A stretch of DNA of 28,430 bases from Acidobacteriota bacterium. Lineage in GTDB: Bacteria > Acidobacteriota > UBA890. This document shows, in pieces, positions 16,099-24,684 of the stretch; the first letter of the stretch is position 1, and every line of letters starts with the position of its first letter. The position numbers and the translations under genes are program-made. The DNA is taken from assembly GCA_030609765.1 (NCBI GenBank), contig JAUWTE010000001.1, positions 1 through 28,430 on the forward strand, given 5' to 3'. The notes beneath the pieces are model-generated. The model did no database searches and was not told the origin of the DNA. It saw nothing but the letters and a program-made list of their open reading frames with translations.

Positions 16099-17820
16099 TC
16101 AGTACTTCCGCTCGACCGGCTTCCACTTGTTGATGGTCACCGACTTGTAGTCGAGTTTCACGCCGTCGCTTTCCTTCCACGCGAGCGTGTGCTTCAGCCA
16201 GTTGTCGTCATCGCGTTCCGTGCAGTCGCGGCGCGAGTGACCGCCGCGCGACTCCGTACGCGCCAGCGCTCCTGTGATCATCACCTCCGCCAGATCGAGC
16301 AGGTTTTCGATCTCCAGGACGTGAAACAGGTTCGTGTTATAGATACGACCTCGGTCCTCGAGCTTGATGTTGGCGAAGCGCTGCCGCAGGGCCTTGACCT
16401 TCTCGAGACCGGCTGCAAGCTCCTCGCCGTCGCGATAGACGCCGACGTGCTGGTCCATCGTGGCGCGCAGCTCATGGCGGATGTCGTACGGGTTCTCGGT
16501 ACCGTCGCGCTGCAGCATGTCCTCGAACAGTCGCTTCTCCTCGGCCTGAACCGCCGCTTCGGAGAGTTCCGGAAGCTCGGGATCGCCCTCCATGAACTTG
16601 CAGACCTCCTGGCCGGTGATGAAGCCCCACACCAGGCACTCGGCTGTCGAGTTCGTTCCCAGCCGGTTGGCGCCATGCAGGGAATGGCAAGCAGCCTCAC
16701 CCGCAACCCAGATGTTGGGCACGCGGGTTTGCCCGTTGATGTCCGCCTCGATTCCACCCATCGAGTAGTGCGCCACAGGCCGCACCGGGATGGGCTTGAG
16801 GATCGGATCGAGGCCGAGGAACTTCATGCACACCTCCCGAATGGTCGGCAGGCGGCGGTTGATCTTGTCGGCTCCGAGGTGGGTGAGGTCGAGCCAGAGA
16901 TGATCGAGCCCGCCTGGCCCCTTGATGCCACGACCCTCGAGGATCTCGGTGATCATGGCGCGTGAGATGATGTCGCGGGGTGCGAGCTCCATCTTTTCGG
17001 GCGCGTACTTGTCCAAGAAGCGCTCACCCTCGGAGTTGCGCAGATATCCGCCCTCGCCGCGGCACCCCTCGGTCATCAGAATGCCGGAGGGAACCAGCCC
17101 GGTCGGGTGGAACTGCAGGAACTCCATGTCCTCGAGGGGTATCGCTCCCGTGCGGTAGGCGTAGGCCAGGCCGTCGCCGGAAACCGTCTGCGCGTAGGTC
17201 GTGAAGCCGTACAGTGTGCCGGCCCCACCGCTGCAGATGATCAGAGCCTTGGCGCGCAGAATGAGCAACTCTCCAGTGAACGGATCGATGCTCGCGAGGC
17301 CGGCGAACTTGCCGTCCTCGACGAGAATCGCTGTGGCGAACACCTCGTCGTAGCGGGTGAAGTTCTTCCACTGGACGAGGGTGTCGTACAGGGTCTGCAT
17401 CTCCATGAAGCCGGTCTTGTCGGCTGCCATGGTCGCGCGCGGGTAGGAGTGGCCTCCGAACGGGCGCTGCTGGATGCGACCATCCTCGTATCGGGACCAG
17501 GGAATGCCCCAGTGGTCCAGAAGGAGGAGCTCTTGGGGGCATAGGTGGACAAACCGATCGATTACATCCTGATCGGCGAGGAAGTCCGAACCTTTAACGG
17601 TGTCCCAGGCGTGCAGGTCGAAAGAATCGCCCTCCTCGGGATACAGAACCGCCGCGGTACCTCCTTCGGCGGCTCCCGAGTGGGCGCGCATGAGCTGCAC
17701 CTTGGACACCAACCCCATGTCGATCTTGCCCTCACTCTTCCGGGCGATCTCCACCGCGGCGCGTAGCCCGGCGAGTCCGGTCCCGAAAATGAGGACGTCA
17801 TGGGTGCGTTCCACTGCCAT
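16099..17820 (-). CDS. sdhA: Succinate dehydrogenase/fumarate reductase flavoprotein subunit
   Basis: [13 protein letters not shown] loop, [10 protein letters not shown] (covalent-FAD His), [54 protein letters not shown]. Confidence 0.96.
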   Translation of the reverse strand: MAVERTHDVLIFGTGLAGLRAAVEIARKSEGKIDMGLVSKVQLMRAHSGAAEGGTAAVLYPEEGDSFDLHAWDTVKGSDFLADQDVIDRFVHLCPQELLLLDHWGIPWSRYEDGRIQQRPFGGHSYPRATMAADKTGFMEMQTLYDTLVQWKNFTRYDEVFATAILVEDGKFAGLASIDPFTGELLILRAKALIICSGGAGTLYGFTTYAQTVSGDGLAYAYRTGAIPLEDMEFLQFHPTGLVPSGILMTEGCRGEGGYLRNSEGERFLDKYAPEKMELAPRDIISRAMITEILEGRGIKGPGGLDHLWLDLTHLGADKINRRLPTIREVCMKFLGLDPILKPIPVRPVAHYSMGGIEADINGQTRVPNIWVAGEAACHSLHGANRLGTNSTAECLVWGFITGQEVCKFMEGDPELPELSEAAVQAEEKRLFEDMLQRDGTENPYDIRHELRATMDQHVGVYRDGEELAAGLEKVKALRQRFANIKLEDRGRIYNTNLFHVLEIENLLDLAEVMITGALARTESRGGHSRRDCTERDDDNWLKHTLAWKESDGVKLDYKSVTINKWKPVERKY

Positions 17821-18005
17821 CGGCCCTGTCTCCTTCCCTCAGGAAGCTGCGTGAATCTCCAGGCCTTCCCGTAGGTCTCGACTCGAGTCCTGGCCTGCCC
17901 GCAAGCGGGCTCGCAGAACATTACCCAGGGCTTCGAGGAGGTGGTCAAACACGATTCGAGTGGCGCTCCGTGTGAACGTGGTCAGGGCGAGCGCTAACAA
18001 CCAGA

Positions 18006-18034
18006 AGAATAGTACAGGATATCGGACCTGCCAA
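18006..18034 (-). promoter_or_regulatory. Candidate sigma70 promoter for sdh operon
   Basis: TTGGCA (18034-18029), 17-nt spacer, TATTCT (18011-18006) on the minus strand. Confidence 0.4.
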
Positions 18035-18390
18035 TCTGGTTTGGGCCTGAAAATCGGCCTCATGCGGGCCAACTGACGATTTCCCCGGCTTGAATGGCCC
18101 CGGCATTAGGGGCAGAATCGTGACTTGGCGACAGGCGCGGCACTGGACGCCTGCAAGCCCGGTGAAAGATCCGGGCCAGGGTCCCGAAGCGTTTCCCATC
18201 CGTCTTCGCTCGAGTTCGATGCACCGGCGGGGGTTGGTTGCACCGATAGGTGGGAGCTGCCGGTTCGGCAGGTTCCCGCGCGCCAATTCTCGACAGGCCG
18301 TCAGGTGATCCTGAGGTCTGTCATTTGGAGCTTGTCCGAGCGACGCCGCTCCGTATGCCTCTCGGACCCGCTCCCAGCAGAGAGGTCGCC

Positions 18391-20496
18391 ATGCGTGCAC
18401 GTACCGCTCTCGTTCTGTTCTGCCTCGGATTCCTGGCCGTCGCCGTACAGGCCCAGGTGAGTGCCTGGTACCAATGGACCTTCCTCGACTCCGCGCTCAT
18501 GGACGAGATCGTCGGCGAGGCCTCGGGGGAGACCGCCTGGAACACCATCAGGGAGACGGGCGGCGACAACAAGGATCGCCTCCCGGAGGAGTACGCCGAC
18601 ACCTTCTACGAGTCGAGCTACATCTACGATCAGGTCAAGCGCTACGGGTTGGCTGGTGGAGATCTGGTGCGGTTCCCCGGTAACCAGACGTGGGATGCCT
18701 CGAAGGGCGAGCTCTGGGAGGTGCGGCCTGGGCGGCGGAAGCTCGCTTCCTACCAGGATCAACGCGCCATGCTGGCGCGCGGCAGCGTGACCACCGACGT
18801 CACGACCCAGCTGGTGTGGGTTGGCCAGGGCACGCCCGATGAGTTGGAGCGAGCCGATGTCGTCGGCAAGATCGTGGTCACCGAGGGCCCGATCAGCCGA
18901 GTACACCGCGATGCTTGCCAGGAGCTGGGCGCTGAGGGCGTGGTTTCGATCTCCAACGGCCGGCCCAACTTCGACCCACTGCAGATCCCCTGGAGTGGCA
19001 TTGGCGGTCGCATGGGGGGCGGCGGCGAGAACAAGTTCGGCTTCTTCATTCCACCGCGTGAGGCCGAGTCGTTGAAGGCCCGGCTGATGGCCGGCGAGGT
19101 CCTCACCGTAAACGCCAAGATCGAAGCCGAGATGCGCGATTATGACCTGCAGGACATCGTCGCGCACATCCCGGGCACCGACCCCGATGCCGATGAGGTG
19201 ATCCTCTCCGCCCACCTCTTTGAGGGCTACACCAAGCAAGGCGCCAACGACAACAAGTCGGGCAGCGCCGCCATCCTCGAGGTTGCACGCATGCTGCACA
19301 CATTGATCGACGAGGGCCGACTGCCGCGCCCGCGTCGCACCATCCGCTTCCTCTGGGGCCCTGAGTTCTCGGGTACGGGTCCGTGGGTCAAGGCCAACAA
19401 GGACCTGATGGAAAAGACGCTGTGCAACATCAACATGGACATGGTGGGGGAGTGGCTCAGCCTCAACCAGGCCTTCATGTGCCTGATGCGCACCAGCTAC
19501 GGGAACCCCCACTACATCAACGACGTGATGGAGAACTACTACCGCTTCGTGGGTGAATCGAACCGCGAGCGGATCCAGAACCGTAGCGGCTTCTTCAAGG
19601 TGCCGCAGCGCATCGTGGCCCCGTCCGGATCGGACGAGCCCTTCTACTACAGCATCGAGACCCACTACGGCGCCTCCGACCACATGGTGTTCAACGATTG
19701 GGGCGTGCAGGTGCCCGGTATCATGATGATCGTCTGGCCCGACCGCTGGTATCACACCTCCGGCGACCGGGTGGACAAGGCCGACCCGACCCAGCTCAAG
19801 CGCGTAGCGATCATCGGCGCCGCGGCCGCCTACACCATCGCCGCGGCCGACGATTTCACTGCCATGCGGATCGCCGGCGAGACGGCCAGCAACGGCACCC
19901 GGCGTCTCGGTCACCAGTTCATCCTGGGGTTGGAGCAGCTCAACAACGCCACGGTCGACACGTTGCCCGAGGCCTACCGAATGGCGCGAGCCTACGTCGA
20001 GGCGTCTCAGAGGAACGAGCTCGACACCCTCGACAGCATCATGGAGCTGGCCGATGACGAGGCCGCGGTCGGCGCCCACGTCGGCCAGATGAAGTCGACG
20101 ATCGACGCGGTGGCGACAGCACATCTGAGCGCGATCGATGCCCACATGAACGTCGTGGCAGATCGCCTGGGTACGGAGCCTGTGACCATCGTTTTGACCG
20201 ATCTGGAACAGCGCGCGATGACCGTCGTCCCGAGCCAGACGGCTCTGGTGAAGGCGAATGGCTACCGCGGCTACCAGGAGTTCATCATGGCGGTGCCGGC
20301 GGAGGAGCGAGCCAAGCTCCCGTACAGCCGTCAGGACGTCGCGAACACCGGCGAGGTGCAGTTGCTGATCGACGGCACCATGAACGTCTACCAGATCAAG
20401 CAGGCGCTCGATGCGCAGAACCGCAGGCCGTCCGATCTGCAGGCGATCTTCAACTTCCTGGAGGTTTTGAAGCTCGCCGGGCTCGTGGAGTTCTAG
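18391..20496 (+). CDS. Secreted M28-family metallopeptidase with PA domain and C-terminal winged-helix-like tail (DUF4910-like)
   Basis: SD GAGAGG, ATG at 18391, signal peptide ending VQA. Motifs SAHL, GANDNKSG, WGPEF, NMDMVG, SDH, YHTSGD. PA-like DVVGKIVVT..GAEGVVS. Confidence 0.85.
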   Translation: MRARTALVLFCLGFLAVAVQAQVSAWYQWTFLDSALMDEIVGEASGETAWNTIRETGGDNKDRLPEEYADTFYESSYIYDQVKRYGLAGGDLVRFPGNQTWDASKGELWEVRPGRRKLASYQDQRAMLARGSVTTDVTTQLVWVGQGTPDELERADVVGKIVVTEGPISRVHRDACQELGAEGVVSISNGRPNFDPLQIPWSGIGGRMGGGGENKFGFFIPPREAESLKARLMAGEVLTVNAKIEAEMRDYDLQDIVAHIPGTDPDADEVILSAHLFEGYTKQGANDNKSGSAAILEVARMLHTLIDEGRLPRPRRTIRFLWGPEFSGTGPWVKANKDLMEKTLCNINMDMVGEWLSLNQAFMCLMRTSYGNPHYINDVMENYYRFVGESNRERIQNRSGFFKVPQRIVAPSGSDEPFYYSIETHYGASDHMVFNDWGVQVPGIMMIVWPDRWYHTSGDRVDKADPTQLKRVAIIGAAAAYTIAAADDFTAMRIAGETASNGTRRLGHQFILGLEQLNNATVDTLPEAYRMARAYVEASQRNELDTLDSIMELADDEAAVGAHVGQMKSTIDAVATAHLSAIDAHMNVVADRLGTEPVTIVLTDLEQRAMTVVPSQTALVKANGYRGYQEFIMAVPAEERAKLPYSRQDVANTGEVQLLIDGTMNVYQIKQALDAQNRRPSDLQAIFNFLEVLKLAGLVEF

Positions 20497-20501
20497 GGGC
20501 C

Positions 20502-21803
20502 GTGTACAGGTCGGAGTACCAGCGCAAGCTGACAACGCCGCAGTCGGCCGTTGCAGGGGTGGCCGACTCCAGCACTCTGATCCACGGCATGGCGGCGGGC
20601 GAGCCCCCTGCGCTTCTCGATGCCCTCGCCGAGCGGTTGCGGGCCGGTGACTTGACCGGCCTGCAGGTTTATTCACTCCTGCCCATGGCGCACATGGGCA
20701 GGACGCTCCTCGATCCCGGGCTCGCCGATCGCGTTGATACCTATAGCTGGTTCGTGAGCGCCTCCGACCGGGACATGATCAAACGCGGCCTGAGCTACTT
20801 CATCCCGAACGAGTTCCACCAGGTGCCGAGGTTCATTCGCGAGTATATGGACGTCGATGTCGTGATCACCACGGTGTCGCCCATGGACCGCGCCGGTTTC
20901 TTCACCTTCGGGGCCATCAACGATTACATCTCTACCGCGGCGAGGCACTGCAAGAGGCTGATTGTCGAGGTCAATCCGCGGATGCCGCGGGTGTTCGGTG
21001 ATTCCCTTCTGCACGTCTCCGAGGTCGATGCGATTGTCGAGAGCGAGTCGCCGTTGCCGGAGCTGCCGATCGAACCGCCGCGGCCCGAGGCGGAAACTAT
21101 CGGCCGCTCCATCACCGAGCTCATTCCCGACGGCGCGACCATCCAGTTGGGAATTGGTGGCATCCCGAATGCGGTGGCCGCCTCCTTAGGCGACCACAAG
21201 GACCTGGGCGTGCACACCGAGCTCTTTTGCCCCGGCATGGTGCAGCTCATCAAGCAGGGGGCCCTCACCGGGAGCCGGAAGAGCATCCATCCCCGTAAGC
21301 ATGTTTTCGCCAACGCTCTGGGCGACAAGGAGCTCTACGAGTTCATCGACGACAACCCGAGCATGGAGAGCTATCCGGTCTCCTACGTCAATGACCCAGG
21401 TGTCATCGCCAGTAACTGCAAGATGGTCTCGATCAACTCGACGCTCGAGGTGGACCTGCTCGGGCAGTGCAACTCGGAGTACCTGGAAGGGTTCGAGTTC
21501 AGCGGCACGGGTGGCCAGCTCGACTATGTGCGCGGCGCCTACAAGTCCGAGGGCGGTATGTCATTCATCGCCTTCTACTCCACTGCTGAAGGTGGCGAGA
21601 TCTCACGCATCGTGCCGCGTCTCGATCCTGGTACGGTGATCACCACACCGAGAATGGACACCCACTACCTCGCTACCGAGCATGGGATCGTCGACCTGAA
21701 GGCGAAGTCCACCAAGGCGCGTGCCCTCGGCATCATCGAGCTGGCCCACCCTGACTTCAGGGATGAACTCCTCAAGGCTGCTCAGGAGATGAAGCTGGTT
21801 TAG
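20502..21803 (+). CDS. Acetyl-CoA hydrolase/transferase family (4-hydroxybutyrate CoA-transferase-like)
   Basis: IVEVNPRMPR, DGATIQLGIGGIP, GVHTE (catalytic Glu), SINSTLEVDLLGQ, SGTGGQLDYVRGA, ATEHGIVDL, LAHPDFRDEL. Confidence 0.93.
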   Translation: MYRSEYQRKLTTPQSAVAGVADSSTLIHGMAAGEPPALLDALAERLRAGDLTGLQVYSLLPMAHMGRTLLDPGLADRVDTYSWFVSASDRDMIKRGLSYFIPNEFHQVPRFIREYMDVDVVITTVSPMDRAGFFTFGAINDYISTAARHCKRLIVEVNPRMPRVFGDSLLHVSEVDAIVESESPLPELPIEPPRPEAETIGRSITELIPDGATIQLGIGGIPNAVAASLGDHKDLGVHTELFCPGMVQLIKQGALTGSRKSIHPRKHVFANALGDKELYEFIDDNPSMESYPVSYVNDPGVIASNCKMVSINSTLEVDLLGQCNSEYLEGFEFSGTGGQLDYVRGAYKSEGGMSFIAFYSTAEGGEISRIVPRLDPGTVITTPRMDTHYLATEHGIVDLKAKSTKARALGIIELAHPDFRDELLKAAQEMKLV

Positions 21804-21814
21804 CTCTTAGGCCG

Positions 21815-21844
21815 GGCTGGGCGGCACCTGGGTGTCGCCCGGCC
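21815..21844. terminator. Hairpin between convergent genes (likely bidirectional terminator)
   Basis: GGCTGGGCGGCAC-CTGG-GTGTCGCCCGGCC, 13-bp stem with two G-U pairs on the + transcript. Confidence 0.55.
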
Positions 21845-21857
21845 GAGCGGGGGAAGA

Positions 21858-23345
21858 TCAGCGTCGGGAGCCTGCATGGGCTTCGACCACGTAGCCGAGC
21901 AGCTCGTGGCCGAAGTCGGAGGCCACCGCCACCTTGGCGGGATCGAGCTCGACATTGTTGAGGTACTGCAGCCGCAGGACGTCGCTGCCCGGCCAGAGGT
22001 TGGGCGTGATGCCGCCGAAAAAGAACCCCATCTCCTCGAGGGCTGGTGTCAAAATCGGTGTGGTTGGATCAGCCAACGCCAGGTCGACGTAGATACAGTC
22101 CAGCTTGTGCAAGCAGAGGTAGCGAAGGCGATCCGCCACCCTCTCGGCCGCGTCGGCTCCGGCCTCGTGCACGCCGATCAGCCCCTGGTTGTGGTCGGCC
22201 CGGATGCTGACTTCGAGCTTCGTCTCGCCGGATAGCTCGGCCCCCTCATTCGGCTCGGCCAGCTCCGCGATGAGTCCAGCGCCCGCGGCGATCTTGCCGA
22301 TCATTTCGTGGTGCCGGGCGGGAGCGTAGAGCCGGCGGGCTTTCCCATCCCCGGTCTTCATGTAGAAGAGCACCACGGAGAGCCGGTCGGCGGGCTCGCC
22401 TTTGTCGATTGCGGCGTAGCTGACCGACGAGGGGATATAGCCCAAGAGCAGGCCGGTCTCGTGCGCCCCGAGCTCGAGATTGGCTTTCTGGCTTGCCGGG
22501 TGCGCCGCCGTGGCCTCGCTGTGCAGGCCGGCGATGCCGTTGTTCGACCCCCAATCGGCCAGGAAGTGCTTCATCGTGCCGAGCATGTGGTGGCCGCGGT
22601 AGCGCGGGTCGACGACAGCCTGCCCGGACTCACCGACGATCGCTTCGGGATCCTCACGCCGGAAGCCCAGGTGGCCGACGATTTCGTCCTCGGTGCTCAC
22701 TCCCACCACCGACCGCAGCGTGCCGTGCTCGAGCATGGCCCTGATGGTGTCGGGCTCATACACCCACGCGGCGTCATACGAGTATCCATAGGAGTGGAAG
22801 ATGCACTCCGCCAGGGCAGTCGCCTCAGACGCCTCCATGAAGCGGATCTCGACGTGGGCGTCTTCAGCCACCGGATCGGACGCCACACGCTCGTGGTGTT
22901 TGGCGATATCGAGGTATTCGGCCACCGACCTGGTGGGCAAGCGCTTGCTGAGCTCAGATTGGTTGCCCAGTTGGCCGTGGCTCGACAGTGTCAGGTCGTC
23001 GGCGAGGCCTTCCGCCAACAAGCGCTGCAGGGCTGAGTCTTCGTGAGCCTCGATGCGTGGCCCTTCCAGCGGGTCGCCGAGGTCGTCGATGAGCACTTTC
23101 AAGAGGTGGCCGGCATGTTGCACCGACACATCGAGGCTGGCGTCGTCAGCGCTATCGAAGCCGTGCTCGATGATCTCGTCACAGAGTTCCTCGACGACGG
23201 CCCGCAGATCTTCGGCGGCGGCCTCGGGTAAGCCCAGAGATTGGGCCGTCTCGGCCACCGCGGCTCCTGCGGCACCGACTACGCGCCAGCCCGAGCGCAG
23301 CGACATCTTCAACATCTCGTGCGGTTCTTTTTTCATTTGACTCAC
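21858..23345 (-). CDS. RsbW-like HATPase_c domain (degenerate) fused to GNAT acetyltransferase domain(s)
   Basis: N-terminal DLRAVVEELCDEIIEHG and LIDDLG. GNAT motif A QAVVDPRYRGHHM and later HPASQK. C-terminal LEEMGFFFGG resembles a second degenerate GNAT. GTG start overlaps the upstream stop (GTGA). Confidence 0.75.
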   Translation of the reverse strand: MSQMKKEPHEMLKMSLRSGWRVVGAAGAAVAETAQSLGLPEAAAEDLRAVVEELCDEIIEHGFDSADDASLDVSVQHAGHLLKVLIDDLGDPLEGPRIEAHEDSALQRLLAEGLADDLTLSSHGQLGNQSELSKRLPTRSVAEYLDIAKHHERVASDPVAEDAHVEIRFMEASEATALAECIFHSYGYSYDAAWVYEPDTIRAMLEHGTLRSVVGVSTEDEIVGHLGFRREDPEAIVGESGQAVVDPRYRGHHMLGTMKHFLADWGSNNGIAGLHSEATAAHPASQKANLELGAHETGLLLGYIPSSVSYAAIDKGEPADRLSVVLFYMKTGDGKARRLYAPARHHEMIGKIAAGAGLIAELAEPNEGAELSGETKLEVSIRADHNQGLIGVHEAGADAAERVADRLRYLCLHKLDCIYVDLALADPTTPILTPALEEMGFFFGGITPNLWPGSDVLRLQYLNNVELDPAKVAVASDFGHELLGYVVEAHAGSRR

Positions 23346-24616
23346 CGTGGGAAGAATGAAACCTTTGTGCGAGCTTTTGCCAGAACCACCAGGGCCCTCG
23401 AGCCGTCGGTGAAGTATGGATCTCCAGTTAGGTTGTGCCGCGGGGCCGAAAGCGGCGCAGCTTCAACTCCGCCCACGTACCCGACCACCGATGCACGTTT
23501 CGCGGCCATGAGGTCATCGATTACGTAGTCTCTCGCCTCATCGACGTCAGGGTCGATCTTGTGGGTCGTCAGGTTCCATGCCTTCAGAGTGAAGCGAACC
23601 CCGATGTCGCGGCTCACCTGTCCGATCCACACTCGTTGCCCTTTGAAGCCGTGCTGCGTCCGCCATAGCCGCAGGTGAAGGCGCTCGTTGATGCTGGCCC
23701 GCGCCCTCTGCAGAGCGAGATCCTGAGCTCGTCCGTCGTGGTAGAGGGAGCTGACCGGTGAGTAGCGATACTCGGTACCGAGCAGGAAAGATCTCGCTGT
23801 TTTCCAGGCGGTGGAGATGGTGGTCGTCTCCACCTCGTCCCATCGTGCCCCGAAGCAGCGCAGCACGGTGGCGCGGTCGCCGACGACAACGAGGTTGAGG
23901 GGATCGCCCTCGACGCTGCCAGGCTTGTTCGTCGTGCATCGTGGCTGCTGTTCGAGCCATGAGCGAAGAGAGGTCTCATCGAGCTCGTCGAGACTCCCCG
24001 TATTCGCCGGCTCACCACTTTCGCCACCGAGCGTCAGTCCCGGTACCTCCACGGAGAAGTCGAGCTCGTGTACATGGTCGTCGGCGATGAGCTGAACATG
24101 GACCGTCTTGATCCCCTCGTCCAGCGCCGTGAACACGAATCCCCCCTTCGTGCTGCCTGGCCTGATCGGTCCGGCCTGAAAGCCATGCTCTTTGAAGAAC
24201 GCATTCATGCGCCGGTTGGCAAACCGTGCACCGATGAGCTTGAAGGGCAACAGCGGCAGCAATGGCAGGAACATCCAAGCCAGGAGACCAAAGCTGAGAA
24301 AACGCTTGCCGATGGCGAAATGATTCAGGTAGGCGGCTTCGAGTGGAGTGAAATAGGCCGGATCGAGGCTGATGAGGTCGGGCCGCACCGGCTCCTTGGT
24401 TTGGTTGGCGACGTGTATCCAGACCGGCTGCATTCCCCTGTGGGCCAACCGCACGCCGAAGAAACGCTCGCTCTCCCGGTCACTCGGAACGGCGATGGAG
24501 ACTTCGAGGCCCGCATCGCTCCGGGTTTCGACTCGATCCATGAAGGGGCGTGCGTCGGGCCGAGGTTCGTACCTCACGGTCAACAACCGCATCACGCCTG
24601 CGGTCAGCTTCGACAT
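23342..24616 (-). CDS. LssY C-terminal domain-containing protein
   Basis: EGDPLNLVVVG, LHLRLWRT, WIGQVSRDIGVRF, THKIDPDVDEARD, NLTGDPYFTDG. Confidence 0.8.
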   Translation of the reverse strand: MSKLTAGVMRLLTVRYEPRPDARPFMDRVETRSDAGLEVSIAVPSDRESERFFGVRLAHRGMQPVWIHVANQTKEPVRPDLISLDPAYFTPLEAAYLNHFAIGKRFLSFGLLAWMFLPLLPLLPFKLIGARFANRRMNAFFKEHGFQAGPIRPGSTKGGFVFTALDEGIKTVHVQLIADDHVHELDFSVEVPGLTLGGESGEPANTGSLDELDETSLRSWLEQQPRCTTNKPGSVEGDPLNLVVVGDRATVLRCFGARWDEVETTTISTAWKTARSFLLGTEYRYSPVSSLYHDGRAQDLALQRARASINERLHLRLWRTQHGFKGQRVWIGQVSRDIGVRFTLKAWNLTTHKIDPDVDEARDYVIDDLMAAKRASVVGYVGGVEAAPLSAPRHNLTGDPYFTDGSRALVVLAKARTKVSFFPR

Positions 24617-24627
24617 GCGCGGAGTCC

Positions 24628-24684
24628 GGCCTCATCGGTTTGGGAGCGGGCTAGTGGCGCCGATACGATACCAGAGATGAGGCC
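24628..24684 (-). terminator. Stem-loop between permease stop and LssY_C gene
   Basis: GGCCTCATC (24628-24636) / GATGAGGCC (24676-24684), 9-bp inverted repeat. Confidence 0.3.

Noticed and set aside
17839-18072. 77-aa ORF upstream of sdhA
   Set aside because: TTG start without SD, no recognisable family, and it contains the candidate sdh promoter. Cannot be fully excluded.
18110-18190. ZTP- or cobalamin-riboswitch-like words (TCGTGACTTGGCGA; CCGGTGAAAGATCCGG..GTCCCG)
   Set aside because: The remaining required elements (GGGAGC + GCCUGGG; GGGAA + GCCACUG) are absent and downstream genes do not fit.
18301-20676. 791-aa antisense ORF; similar long antisense ORFs at 4675-5793, 1537-2385, 16027-16965, 12075-12905, 14810-15724
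   Set aside because: They lie opposite well-supported genes, have no motifs, and are typical stop-poor shadows of GC-rich coding DNA.
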